Shown here: one piece after another, positions 41,452 to 51,062 of the stretch
Position numbering within the stretch: position 1 is the stretch's first letter
How the letters are laid out: each line of letters begins with the position of its first letter
From: an uncultured Candidatus Saccharibacteria bacterium
GTDB taxonomy: Bacteria > Patescibacteriota > Saccharimonadia > Saccharimonadales > JACDBH01
Direction of reading: 5' to 3'
NCBI GenBank assembly: GCA_964529785.1
Contig: CAZHAQ010000004.1
Span: 1 to 61,662 of the forward strand
Length of the DNA stretch: 61,662 nucleotides
Program-made: the position numbers and the translations under genes
Notes under the pieces: model-generated
The model's database searches: none
What the model saw: only the letters and a program-made list of their open reading frames with translations
Told to the model about the DNA's origin: nothing

Positions 41452-42345
41452 TTAATTCCATAAGATTATACTTAGTGAAATTAAGGAAATTGTCGCAGCG
41501 GCTAGTTTTTTATAGTAAAACTGTCTTTCTTTTAATATCCATCCGGCCAAGACTGCTACTATTATTATTCTGAAGTTAGCGATAATAGAAACTAGCGAAA
41601 CGCTATCACTCTTAATTAGGGCCATGACGAAGAATAATCCGGCAGCCGCCCTAAGGGCGCCAAGCTGAAGGGCGCTTCGTATAATCTTATGGCTTTTAAA
41701 TATTTTTTTAGCATGGCGACCAAAGATAAAGTATAAAAGCCAGGCAATAATTAGCTGCATCAGCCACCCATAAGCAACGTATGTAGCAAGCGAGGTATTA
41801 TGTAATATTTCCTTTTCAAGAATATGGGCAAAAGCCAGGAATAAGCTGGAAGACAAGATGAATATGGCTCCCTTAACCCAGCTTTCATCTCTGAAGTCTA
41901 AAAACTTACGGTGTTTTTTTGCTAATGTTAAGACATACCATAAGCAAGGCACTAATATGGAAATCCCCAAAACCTGCATTAACGACAGCTGTTCGCCAAA
42001 AAAGAAATTAGCTAGTATTACCACGAACAATGCGCTGGAAGTGCCAAGCACGCTGGCAGTTGCACTCTCTAGATGGACCATACCTTTGTACATAAAGTAT
42101 AACGCCATGACAAATAGCACCGAAGTAGTTAAATACATTATTGCTTGGCTCTTAAAGTCTTCAAAACTAACCTCGCCCAGCAGAGGCAGGATAATCAAGC
42201 TACATACATAAAGAGCTGTATAGGCAATGGCATTGATAGCAAGTGCAGCATGACGAGTAGGTTTTGCCCGGGCAATTGCCCTGTACTGCAGGGCCTGCAA
42301 GGCTGAAAATGTAGCATGAAGAAGTACTAAACCTTGCCAGTTCAT
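41452..42345 (-). CDS. EamA/DMT family transporter
   Basis: About 10 TM helices in two repeats; FFGE and ILKER repeat ends. Confidence 0.85.
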   Translation of the reverse strand: MNWQGLVLLHATFSALQALQYRAIARAKPTRHAALAINAIAYTALYVCSLIILPLLGEVSFEDFKSQAIMYLTTSVLFVMALYFMYKGMVHLESATASVLGTSSALFVVILANFFFGEQLSLMQVLGISILVPCLWYVLTLAKKHRKFLDFRDESWVKGAIFILSSSLFLAFAHILEKEILHNTSLATYVAYGWLMQLIIAWLLYFIFGRHAKKIFKSHKIIRSALQLGALRAAAGLFFVMALIKSDSVSLVSIIANFRIIIVAVLAGWILKERQFYYKKLAAATISLISLSIILWN

Positions 42346-42359
42346 AACTTATTTAGCCA

Positions 42360-43334
42360 CTAGTTTTTCTTATCTGTTACGTGATGGGCTGCCATAACAA
42401 TGTACTTGGCAGTTAGCCCGAAATGCTCAAATAGCTCGCTTGGTTTTCCTGATTCTCCGAACTTATCCTTAACACCAATACGGTGCATAGGAGTCGGCAG
42501 TTCTTCGCTCAAAAGTTCAGCTACCGCACCACCCAGGCCGCCAGTAATCTGGGCCTCTTCAGCAGTGACTACGGCTTTAGTTTTGCTTACGGACTTAAGA
42601 ATTGTTTCATTATCTAGCGGCTTGATGGTAGGCACGTGGATTATCTCTGCGTCAATACCGTCTTTAGCCAGCTTGTCGGCGGCAACTAACGCCTGATAGG
42701 TCATAATTCCGGTAGAGATAATACTAACGTCGCTGCCTTCTTTGTAAACATAGGCCCGGCCAATTTCAAATGGTGTGTCGGAAGTAGTTATTATAGGAGT
42801 AGCTTCTCTTGCCAGTCGCATATAGTTTGGCCTTTTATCCTCGGCCATGGCTATAGTCATCTTTTCAGCTTCAACAGCATCACCGGGAGCCAGTACAACC
42901 ATATTGGGCAGCGACCGCATAATCGCGATATCTTCAAGCATTTGATGAGTAGCACCATCCGGCCCTACAGATAAGCCTGCGTGCGATCCAATAATCTTTA
43001 CCGGCCTATCGTTAAGGCAAATTGTCGTCCTAATCTGCTCCCAGTTTCTGCCGGGACTAAAGGCGGCATAAGAACTCACGAACGGTATTTTACCCATAGC
43101 TGCAAGACCTGAGCCAACGGTAACCAAATTCTGTTCTGCTACGCCAATTTCTATAAACCTGTTTGGAAATTCTTCCTTGAAAAGATGCATCTGAGTAGAG
43201 TCGGTTAAGTCTGCACAAGCAGCTACTACCTCGGGGTGATTTTCTCCCGCTACTTTTAATCCTTTACCGAACCCTTTGCGAGTAGGCTCACTAACAAGTT
43301 CACCTTTAATATCAACTAGATATAGATTACTCAT
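42360..43334 (-). CDS. Transketolase, C-terminal (pyrimidine-binding) subunit
   Basis: GVAEQN, GPDGATHQ, TIKPLD, GGLG. Confidence 0.94.
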   Translation of the reverse strand: MSNLYLVDIKGELVSEPTRKGFGKGLKVAGENHPEVVAACADLTDSTQMHLFKEEFPNRFIEIGVAEQNLVTVGSGLAAMGKIPFVSSYAAFSPGRNWEQIRTTICLNDRPVKIIGSHAGLSVGPDGATHQMLEDIAIMRSLPNMVVLAPGDAVEAEKMTIAMAEDKRPNYMRLAREATPIITTSDTPFEIGRAYVYKEGSDVSIISTGIMTYQALVAADKLAKDGIDAEIIHVPTIKPLDNETILKSVSKTKAVVTAEEAQITGGLGGAVAELLSEELPTPMHRIGVKDKFGESGKPSELFEHFGLTAKYIVMAAHHVTDKKN

Positions 43335-44178
43335 ATAAACCCTCGCTCTTGATTTTGCCTTTTAGGGTGCGCAGATCTTTTAAGGCTTCTTTAGCCTGCT
43401 TATTGTCTGGCGGTACTCCATGCCACTTAAAGTCGTATTCCATAAAGTCCACGCCTTTACCCGGTACAGTGTGAGCAATTAGAACTACTGGCTTGTCCCC
43501 TATAGCTCTAGCCATAGCACAGGCATCAATAATAGCTTCAATGTTATTGCCATCAATTTCAATTACATACCAGCCGAAGCTCTCCCATTTTGCTTTTAAA
43601 TCTCCGAGTGGCATGACATCTTCAGTATTGCCATCAATTTGAATATAGTTACGATCTATTATGCCAATTATATTATTGAGTTCGTATTTGGCTGCCAGCA
43701 TAGCAGCTTCCCAGACATTGCCTTCGTTTAACTCGCCATCTCCCATGACAACATAGACCCATCTATGTAATTCACTGTTCATTCTCATAGCCAGGGCCAT
43801 GCCAGCTGCCTGGCTCAAACCGCAGCCAAGCGGGCCGCTGGTATTTTCAAGCCCCGGGAGCATAGTCCGTTCCGGATGACCCTGCAGCCTTGAACCAAAT
43901 TTTCGTAAAGTACGAAGTTCTGACCGGTCAAAGTAGCCTGCATGAGCCATAGTGGCGTACTGCACTGGCACCGTGTGGCCATTGCTTAGTAGAAAAATAT
44001 CGCGCTTATCCCAATCTGGTTTCTTGGGATCATGTTTCATTACCTCAAAGTACAGGGCAGTAAATATATCAGCCAGACCTAATGGGCCAGCCGAATGTCC
44101 GCTACCAGCTTCTTCTAGCATCTTTATAATATCTTGGCGAATATCGTTCGCCTTCAGCTCTAGTTCATGTAATGTCAT
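43327..44178 (-). CDS. Transketolase, N-terminal subunit
   Basis: GSGH, LSNGH, LQGHP, GDGELNEG ThDP motif, WHG. Confidence 0.94.
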   Translation of the reverse strand: MTLHELELKANDIRQDIIKMLEEAGSGHSAGPLGLADIFTALYFEVMKHDPKKPDWDKRDIFLLSNGHTVPVQYATMAHAGYFDRSELRTLRKFGSRLQGHPERTMLPGLENTSGPLGCGLSQAAGMALAMRMNSELHRWVYVVMGDGELNEGNVWEAAMLAAKYELNNIIGIIDRNYIQIDGNTEDVMPLGDLKAKWESFGWYVIEIDGNNIEAIIDACAMARAIGDKPVVLIAHTVPGKGVDFMEYDFKWHGVPPDNKQAKEALKDLRTLKGKIKSEGLYE

Positions 44179-44191
44179 TTTTGTCTTCTTT

Positions 44192-44818
44192 TTAGCTTAT
44201 GCTTGATACTAGTATACCATATGCTTCTTTAGGATTGGATGATCTCTGTATAGCGCCGCCAACATTTAAAACATCTACTCCCCCTGCCGACAATTTTGGT
44301 GATGTTTTAGCATTAACACCCCCGTCCCAGCCAATCTCAAGTGAAGGTTTAAGTTTTTTAATTTGCTTAACTTTATCCAGCAAACCATAATCCACGGTTC
44401 CGCCATAGTAGCCTAGCTCGCCGCTGAACACTAGCACGTGATCTAAATAGTCTAAATGTGGTTTGATTACTTCTGCAGGAGTTTCTTTTAGCAGGGCCAC
44501 GCCTCTTAAGATACCGAGACCGCTTAACTCTTTAAGGAAGTCCCAGGAGCCTTCAGCTTCAGCGTGCACTATAGCCAGATGTGGCTGATGGACTATTACT
44601 GTTTCCAGATGCTTAAGCGGCTGCTGGTACATTATATGGAAATCCACCTTGATGCCAATTGGCCACCAGGCGTCTTCTATTGGTTCAAGTTTAGTTGGTG
44701 CAAATTTGCCGTCAGCAAAGTCTATGTGTATTCGATCTGCAAATTCAGTAACTCGTTCAATTGACTCGCGGTAGCCCCGAGCATTAGCACCCATAACAGT
44801 AGGACATATTACAGCCAT
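44192..44818 (-). CDS. rpe: Ribulose-phosphate 3-epimerase
   Basis: HIDFADGKF, DFHIM, VHAE, WDGGVN, VGG. Confidence 0.88.
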   Translation of the reverse strand: MAVICPTVMGANARGYRESIERVTEFADRIHIDFADGKFAPTKLEPIEDAWWPIGIKVDFHIMYQQPLKHLETVIVHQPHLAIVHAEAEGSWDFLKELSGLGILRGVALLKETPAEVIKPHLDYLDHVLVFSGELGYYGGTVDYGLLDKVKQIKKLKPSLEIGWDGGVNAKTSPKLSAGGVDVLNVGGAIQRSSNPKEAYGILVSSIS

Positions 44819-44865
44819 AATTATTATTATCTTAACCGTTTTAGATTGATTGGTAAATAGACCGT

Positions 44866-45510
44866 TTAAACGCTTATACAGCTATAGCTATTATCTTCCA
44901 GTTTAGTTCTTAGGATATAATTTCTTTTTGACCCTTCAGATAAATTGCCTTCGTCATCACAAACATATCCAGCCTGATATTGTATTTCTCCAGCTGCAGG
45001 TTCGGTTTCTACGATCTCATAGCTAAAATCATTTTTTAAATATTTAGAGATAAATTCATCGTCCAAATCACTTACAGCCGGGATGACACCACTTCTATTA
45101 GATATAAATTCACCAATACCGGCAGATAGGCGGGACATATCTATTCTTATCTCTTGTTGGGATACTATTTCCTTAACTTTTGCAGGCTGGTTGGCAGAAT
45201 CTGAGCTATTCTTAGTTAACAGGAACGCTGCCGCTGCTCCAATAACAAGTAATACCAGCACTGTCATTGCTATAACCAGCGGCTTTTTATTACCAGAATT
45301 ACTGCTTGATTGACCAGTCACTGGCGCTGACACAACCGGTTGGCCTGCGGTCGTAGGGTTATTGCTCTGGGGACTAAAGTTTGATGGCGGAACTTGGGGA
45401 ATTTCATTAGTATTTAGACTGTTTTCAGGCTGCGGCGGAACAGGCTGGCTGTTTTGACCTGGGGCTACATTTGGCTGCTGTGCTTGGTTGTTTTGTTCTT
45501 CAGGATTCAA
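44866..45510 (-). CDS. Membrane protein with Pro/Gln/Asn-rich N-terminus and possible pilin-like C-domain
   Basis: TTG start with GGAGGT RBS; TM helix; RIDMSRLSAGIGEF..GVIP helix; C-terminal Cys pair. Confidence 0.7.
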   Translation of the reverse strand: MNPEEQNNQAQQPNVAPGQNSQPVPPQPENSLNTNEIPQVPPSNFSPQSNNPTTAGQPVVSAPVTGQSSSNSGNKKPLVIAMTVLVLLVIGAAAAFLLTKNSSDSANQPAKVKEIVSQQEIRIDMSRLSAGIGEFISNRSGVIPAVSDLDDEFISKYLKNDFSYEIVETEPAAGEIQYQAGYVCDDEGNLSEGSKRNYILRTKLEDNSYSCISV

Positions 45511-45519
45511 AATAACCTC

Positions 45520-46020
45520 CTAATTTAGACTAAGTTTATTTACTCGGCGAACATGACGCTCCGACTGATCATAAGGTGTTTCTAACCAAACCTTAATAGC
45601 GTCCTTAGCTTCGTTAAAGGATAAAAACCTTACAGCCAGACTTAAGACATTTGCGTGATTATGCCGACGAGATAACCTCAATATCTCATAGGGGTCGGTG
45701 CTCATGTCACCTTCGGCGTTAATAGGATGTTTAGCTATTGCCGGGCCATAGAATAACGTACACCGCACGTTATTTATACGATTTGCCGCCATAGCTTCAC
45801 CTTGCCCGCTGCCTCCCATAATTATGGCAGCTTCACATTCGCTACTTGCGACGGCTTTTGCTGCGGGAAAAATAAGGTCTGGGTAATCGTCCTCTGGATT
45901 AAAATCGTTCGGTCCATAATCTAGAACTTCATGTCCAAGTGAAGTCAAATAGTCTTTAATATCTTGATACAGATGGCCGTATGCCAAGCCGGTATGATCC
46001 GTGGTTAGTGCTATTTTCAT
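45520..46020 (-). CDS. rpiB: Ribose-5-phosphate isomerase B
   Basis: DHTG, DDYPD, GGSGQGE.MAAN, HNHANVLSL, RHVRRV. Confidence 0.93.
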   Translation of the reverse strand: MKIALTTDHTGLAYGHLYQDIKDYLTSLGHEVLDYGPNDFNPEDDYPDLIFPAAKAVASSECEAAIIMGGSGQGEAMAANRINNVRCTLFYGPAIAKHPINAEGDMSTDPYEILRLSRRHNHANVLSLAVRFLSFNEAKDAIKVWLETPYDQSERHVRRVNKLSLN

Positions 46021-46034
46021 ATCCTATTTGCCCT

Positions 46035-47099
46035 TTAGCTATGGTGAACATGGCCATGGTCAGCCGTACTTTGATGTGTATTAGACTTTTTATGAAGTAG
46101 TTTTCCAGTATCTGCCACAACTTCAACTAATCTATTACTGTAACCCCACTCGTTGTCGTACCATACCATTATTTTTGCCAGGTTGCCGTCAACTACTTTT
46201 GTTAGCAGCAGGTCAACAATGCCGGAGTGGCTATTACCTATATAATCGCTACTAACCAGCGGCTCTTCACTAACTCCCAGTATCCCTTGATAAAATGGGT
46301 CTTTAGCAGCTTTCCTGAATACATCATTTATTTCCTCAACAGAGGTATTGCGCTTAAATAAAACTGTAACATCACTAATTGACACTACTGGCGTAGGAAC
46401 ACGAACGCTTAAACCGTCAAATTTACCTTTTAGATGCGGCATTGTAAGGGTCACGGCAATTGCAGCACCAGTTGTTGTTGGAACCATATTCTCGGCAGCG
46501 TTCCGACCTTCTCTTAAATCTTTAGCCGGAGCGTCCTGAAGGGCTTGGCTAGCGGTATAGCTGTGAACTGTAGTAAGCAGAGATTTTTCAACCCCAAATT
46601 CTGCATCCAAAATTCCCATAACTGCTCCTAGCGAGTTGGTAGTACAGGACGCGTTACTGATTACTTCAGTTGCTCCATCCAGTTTTTCTTCATTGGCTCC
46701 AAGCACAATAGTATCTACCCCATCACTTTTAGTAGGGCCGGAAATAACTACTCTTCTTGCTCCAGCCTTAATATGAAGTTCTGCATCCTCTTTAGCCGTA
46801 AACCGGCCAGTCGATTCAATTACAACGTCAACATTTAGGTCCTTCCAAGGTAGTGAGGCTGGATCTTTCTCGGCCGTAACTCTTATGCTCTGTTTATCAA
46901 CGATGATATTATTATCGTCAAAGCTTACATCTTTCTCATAGGTACCATAGTTGCTGTCATGCTTTAAAAGGTAGGCTAGAGTCCTTGTGTCGGTTAAGTC
47001 ATTAATAGCTACTATTTCTATGTCCGTCCTGGCAAAAGCAATTTTAAATGCATTTCTTCCAATACGGCCAAATCCGTTTATAGCCACCCGTGTCTTCAT
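46035..47099 (-). CDS. gap: Glyceraldehyde-3-phosphate dehydrogenase type I
   Basis: INGFGRIGR, SNASCTTN, RVPT, WYDNEWGYS. Confidence 0.97.
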   Translation of the reverse strand: MKTRVAINGFGRIGRNAFKIAFARTDIEIVAINDLTDTRTLAYLLKHDSNYGTYEKDVSFDDNNIIVDKQSIRVTAEKDPASLPWKDLNVDVVIESTGRFTAKEDAELHIKAGARRVVISGPTKSDGVDTIVLGANEEKLDGATEVISNASCTTNSLGAVMGILDAEFGVEKSLLTTVHSYTASQALQDAPAKDLREGRNAAENMVPTTTGAAIAVTLTMPHLKGKFDGLSVRVPTPVVSISDVTVLFKRNTSVEEINDVFRKAAKDPFYQGILGVSEEPLVSSDYIGNSHSGIVDLLLTKVVDGNLAKIMVWYDNEWGYSNRLVEVVADTGKLLHKKSNTHQSTADHGHVHHS

Positions 47100-47176
47100 G
47101 TTTATCTCCTGTTAGACTTTTTCATATTATCTAACAGTATTGTATAAGCGTAAGCGACAATAGGCAATTTTTTTAG

Positions 47177-47707
47177 CTACTGTTTAGTCCACCTGTCCTG
47201 GCATTCTTTAATTATAGCCTTAGCTTCTTCTACATTGCCCCAGCCCAATACCTTGGTAGATCCTGGCTTCTTTAGATCCTTATAGTGGTTAAAGTGATGT
47301 TCTACTTGCTTTTTCCAGCTTTCTGATACGTCTTCAATGTCCTTAATTGCATTTCCCCAGTGGCGGTCATCTTCAGCTACACATATGACCTTATGATCCA
47401 TTTCATTGTCATCTTCAAAATTCATAATGCCTACTATGCGAGCATTGACTTTAGTGCCGGTCGGAACCGCCGCGTCTACTAGCAGCAATACATCCAATTC
47501 ATCGCCATCTTCATCAAGAGTTTGAGGTATAAAACCGTAGTTACACGGCTTGGCAAATATTTGTGGCTCTACTCTGTCTAATTCAAATATGGCAAGTTCG
47601 CGGTTCCATTCAATCTTTAGGTTCGAACCTTTAGGTATTTCATTAATAACGTTAATAATACCGCTGTCTACGTCGCCCGCATTAAATACTTGATTGAAAT
47701 CTGCCAT
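47177..47707 (-). CDS. ppa: Family I inorganic pyrophosphatase
   Basis: EIPKGS, NYGFIPQTLDEDGDELD, FNHYKDL. Confidence 0.95.
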   Translation of the reverse strand: MADFNQVFNAGDVDSGIINVINEIPKGSNLKIEWNRELAIFELDRVEPQIFAKPCNYGFIPQTLDEDGDELDVLLLVDAAVPTGTKVNARIVGIMNFEDDNEMDHKVICVAEDDRHWGNAIKDIEDVSESWKKQVEHHFNHYKDLKKPGSTKVLGWGNVEEAKAIIKECQDRWTKQ

Positions 47708-47752
47708 TTTTACTCCTTTAATTTAATGACATTATAGTACACTGTAAGTAAG

Positions 47753-48415
47753 ATGTTAATCATTGGTCATAGAGGCGCTAAAGGGCTGGCGCAGGAAAAT
47801 TCATTAGATGCCATTGCCTGGGCTTTAAAATATAAAGTAGATCTAATTGAACTTGACGTCAGGACTACTGCCGATAATATTGCGGTCCTTTATCACGACA
47901 GTTACACGGTTAATAAAAAGACTAATAAAAAATTAAAACTTTCTAAATCTTCATATATTTATTTGGCTTCAAATATTGCCGGTCTGACTACTCTTGAAGA
48001 AGGCTTAAGCCATACCAAAAACACCGGCACCTTAATAGAGATTAAGCCGGGAGCAGACATAAAGTCAGTTCTAAAAGTAATTAAAAATACTTCAGCTGAA
48101 GTTAAAGCTAGAATGATAATTACTTCATTTGACTATAAGATACTTAAAATTGTTAGCCGAGAATGTCCTGGCATAAAACTAGCCGTACTTGATAAATGGT
48201 CCGGGGTACGAGCTAGTCATCGAGCCAAAAAGCTAAAATCGGAAATTATAATAATGAACCAGCGCTGGCTGTGGGGAGGTTTCATAAGTTCTGTTAGCAG
48301 ATCTGGGCTCCAGCTGTTCGCCTATACAGTAAATAATCCAGAGAAGGCTAATAGATGGCGCAAGTTCAATCTGGCAGGAGTCATAACAGACTATCCTGAC
48401 AGATTTATAAATTAA
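47753..48415 (+). CDS. Glycerophosphodiester phosphodiesterase
   Basis: IGHRGA, ENS, IELDV, YHD, IEIK, YTVN, ITDYP. Confidence 0.92.
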   Translation: MLIIGHRGAKGLAQENSLDAIAWALKYKVDLIELDVRTTADNIAVLYHDSYTVNKKTNKKLKLSKSSYIYLASNIAGLTTLEEGLSHTKNTGTLIEIKPGADIKSVLKVIKNTSAEVKARMIITSFDYKILKIVSRECPGIKLAVLDKWSGVRASHRAKKLKSEIIIMNQRWLWGGFISSVSRSGLQLFAYTVNNPEKANRWRKFNLAGVITDYPDRFIN

Positions 48416-49362
48416 TTATGGCTTTCCAGATACTCCCGGATTCGCAAGGCAGCTGTAGCTCCCTCGCCGACCGCGGTAGCTATTTGCATTGTTGCGCCAT
48501 GCCGGCAGTCTCCAGCCACATAAACTCCGGGCATAGAAGTTTGCAGGTTTTCATCGCTTTTTATTAGGCCAATTTCATCTAACTCTATAGCTGAATCTTT
48601 TAAAAAGCCGGTATTAGGGTCTAGTCCGACGAATACGAATACTCCATCGGTTTCAAATTCTTTTTGTTCGCCGGATGACTTGTCGGTTCCAATTACTTTA
48701 GTAACCTTATCCATGCCATCTATGTTTTCGCCAATAATTTTATCGGTAGTAGTTTGTTTATGAATGGTTATTTTATCTTTGAACTTTTCTTCCAGTTCCT
48801 TAACAAGCACATCGGACGCCCTAAAATCCGATCTGACAAGCATATCTATATGGTTCGCAAACCTAGTTAAAAACATGGCTTCTTGAACGGCTGAATTTCC
48901 GCCGCCGACCACTACCAGCTTTTTATCTCTATAAAATGCACCATCGCACGTAGCACAGTAATGAACACCTCTAGCATAATACTCATCTTCACCTGGCACA
49001 CCAATTTTTCTATAGCCGCTGCCGGTAGCGATCAAAACAGTCCGTGCATACACTTCACCATCTGTAGTATCAAGTTTTTTGTACTTGCCTTCGTCGCTGA
49101 TTCCCAGCACTTCTCCCATCTCAATAACCGCACCAAACCTCTCGGCTTGCTTCCTCATATTTTCACCTAGCTCAAGACCAGCAATCCCTTCAGGAAAGCC
49201 CGGGTAGTTATCCACCCAATCGGTTGTAGATATTAAGCCGCCTGGTACAGCTTTTTCATATAGTAAGGTTTGGATATCTTCTCTAGTGGTATAAATTGCC
49301 GCACTTAAAGCGGCCGGGCCGGCGCCTATAATTACTAACTCATTTATTTTTTGGTCATTCAT
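48412..49362 (-). CDS. trxB: Thioredoxin reductase
   Basis: GAGPAA, CATCDG, GGGNSA, VAGD. Confidence 0.95.
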   Translation of the reverse strand: MNDQKINELVIIGAGPAALSAAIYTTREDIQTLLYEKAVPGGLISTTDWVDNYPGFPEGIAGLELGENMRKQAERFGAVIEMGEVLGISDEGKYKKLDTTDGEVYARTVLIATGSGYRKIGVPGEDEYYARGVHYCATCDGAFYRDKKLVVVGGGNSAVQEAMFLTRFANHIDMLVRSDFRASDVLVKELEEKFKDKITIHKQTTTDKIIGENIDGMDKVTKVIGTDKSSGEQKEFETDGVFVFVGLDPNTGFLKDSAIELDEIGLIKSDENLQTSMPGVYVAGDCRHGATMQIATAVGEGATAALRIREYLESHN

Positions 49363-49430
49363 CTTTTAAAGTAAATCCTTTTAATAGCTGCTTTAATCCA
49401 AGCCTAGCATACTTCTTGTGTAATTTTGAT

Positions 49431-49460
49431 AAAAAGAGACTCTTTTATGTAGAGCCTCTT
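49431..49460 (-). terminator. Intrinsic terminator after nrdH
   Basis: Minus strand AAGAGGCTCT-loop-AGAGTCTCTT-TTT. Confidence 0.6.
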
Positions 49461-49481
49461 AGAAATACTGCTTTTTTTATT

Positions 49482-49730
49482 TTAACCTAACGCTGGAGCT
49501 AATTTAGCTAAGTTAAACCCTACAACCACTTCTTTTGTGTCGTCTTCTTTGGTGACAACTGTAACTGGTACAGTGAGTGCACCGCTGATCGCTAGAGCTT
49601 CCTGCTGGCGGTGAGGCTGTTCATCAATATTTACTTCTTCATACTGATGGCCTTTGTTGCCCAGATACTTCTTAACCATTACGCAGTAGGCGCAGGTATT
49701 GGTTGTGTAGATTGTAATGTTTTTAGCCAT
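49482..49730 (-). CDS. nrdH: NrdH-like glutaredoxin
   Basis: YTTNTCAYC, TVPV, VVGF; NrdR boxes upstream. Confidence 0.82.
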   Translation of the reverse strand: MAKNITIYTTNTCAYCVMVKKYLGNKGHQYEEVNIDEQPHRQQEALAISGALTVPVTVVTKEDDTKEVVVGFNLAKLAPALG

Positions 49731-49847
49731 GATTACCCCTAAAACATTTTAATTATTTTAATTTTGCTGTTTTTTGATCTTGATAGTATAAGTTGCTTTA
49801 TTCTTGCTGCAGTTCTTTATATATCTGACCTTCAAACAAGTCCTACA

Positions 49848-49896
49848 ACCCAGTATATAGTGCTTATGATATTCGTCAATACGCTATATGTTGTGT
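49848..49896. promoter_or_regulatory. Tandem NrdR boxes overlapping the nrdH promoter
   Basis: ACCCAGTATATAGTGC (49848-49863) and ACGCTATATGTTGTGT (49881-49896) versus consensus acaCwAtATaTwGtgt; minus-strand promoter TTGACG-16-TATACT at 49852-49879. Confidence 0.75.
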
Positions 49897-49921
49897 TTTG
49901 TACGTAATATCAGCTATTTTG

Positions 49922-50485
49922 TTACTGCTGTACGCCTACAATTTCAATGTCAAAAACAAGATCTGAATCACCAGGAATAGTCGGCGGGCTTCCTGCTTCG
50001 CCATAAGCTTTGGCGGCTGGAATAATTAAGCGTCGCTTGCCGCCAACTTTCATGCCGGGTACACCTTCACCCCAGCCTTTAATTACTTCATTTAGGCTAA
50101 AAGGAATTGGTTCGCCTCTGTCATGAGAACTCTGAAATATAGTTCCAGTGGCTACAATTGCCCCGGTGTAGTGAGCAGTAACAGTAGCACCTTCTCTTAC
50201 TTCTTCCCCGTCACCTTCCAAGATATCTTCTTTAGTAAGTTCTGTCACCCGTTCTGTAGTAGGTGTAAAGTCTGCCAACTGCGTTCCTTCTAACATGTTT
50301 TCTCCTCCATTATTAGTCTGCTTATTTAATGCTTCTTGTATTGCGGCCTGTTCGGCTGCACCCGGATCATTGTTATTTTGAGATTCCCAAAATATTAGCC
50401 CGGTAAAAGCGACAGTAGTGATTAAAAAAACTGACGCAAGTGCTAGCGTCCCGAACCGCCGGGCTATTTCAGCCTTGTCTGCCAT
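49922..50485 (-). CDS. FKBP-type peptidyl-prolyl isomerase, membrane-anchored
   Basis: HYTG, VIKGWGEG, MKVGGKR, AYG, IPGDSDLVF. Confidence 0.94.
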   Translation of the reverse strand: MADKAEIARRFGTLALASVFLITTVAFTGLIFWESQNNNDPGAAEQAAIQEALNKQTNNGGENMLEGTQLADFTPTTERVTELTKEDILEGDGEEVREGATVTAHYTGAIVATGTIFQSSHDRGEPIPFSLNEVIKGWGEGVPGMKVGGKRRLIIPAAKAYGEAGSPPTIPGDSDLVFDIEIVGVQQ

Positions 50486-50578
50486 TTATATTATTACCTC
50501 CAACTTTTTGTAGTTACTTAAGTATAACCTAGCCTATACAAGTTCAAGCAAGCCTATTGTTGGAATTACAGCGTCAAT

Positions 50579-51043
50579 CTAGCTTAGCCGTTCCGAGTGC
50601 TTAGATGAGAATCTGTAAGGTTCATTAGGCCAGCCATGCTTTAGCCCCATTAATATCGCTTCTTTAAGTAACGGCGATACAAATGGCACCTTGTCTAAAT
50701 CTGAAATAGGCAGCCACATTGGCTCATAAGTATTCTTGCCAGGCGTCGTCCAAAATGCTTCCTCAGAATTATCGGGCAGTACTGGTTCGCCGGATACATA
50801 GTCACATAGGTGGACGTACTGCATGCCGAAAGGCTGGGGAGCTTCTTCTATGAATATCAGTCTAGGGTTATTTACTACTACTGTAGACTCTTCTTCAACC
50901 TCCCGAAGAGCGGCCTGCTGAGGTGTTTCAGTACGTTCAACTGTTCCGCCAAGCAGCGTGTAATATTCTCGGTCAATCTTAAACCGTTTCATGACAAGAA
51001 TTTTGTTATCTTTGATAACTAACGCTCTGGCGCAGGTTCTCAT
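50579..51043 (-). CDS. NUDIX hydrolase
   Basis: GGTVERTETPQQAALREVEEES Nudix box. Confidence 0.9.
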   Translation of the reverse strand: MRTCARALVIKDNKILVMKRFKIDREYYTLLGGTVERTETPQQAALREVEEESTVVVNNPRLIFIEEAPQPFGMQYVHLCDYVSGEPVLPDNSEEAFWTTPGKNTYEPMWLPISDLDKVPFVSPLLKEAILMGLKHGWPNEPYRFSSKHSERLS

Positions 51044-51062
51044 GTCTACTAGTCTACTATTT

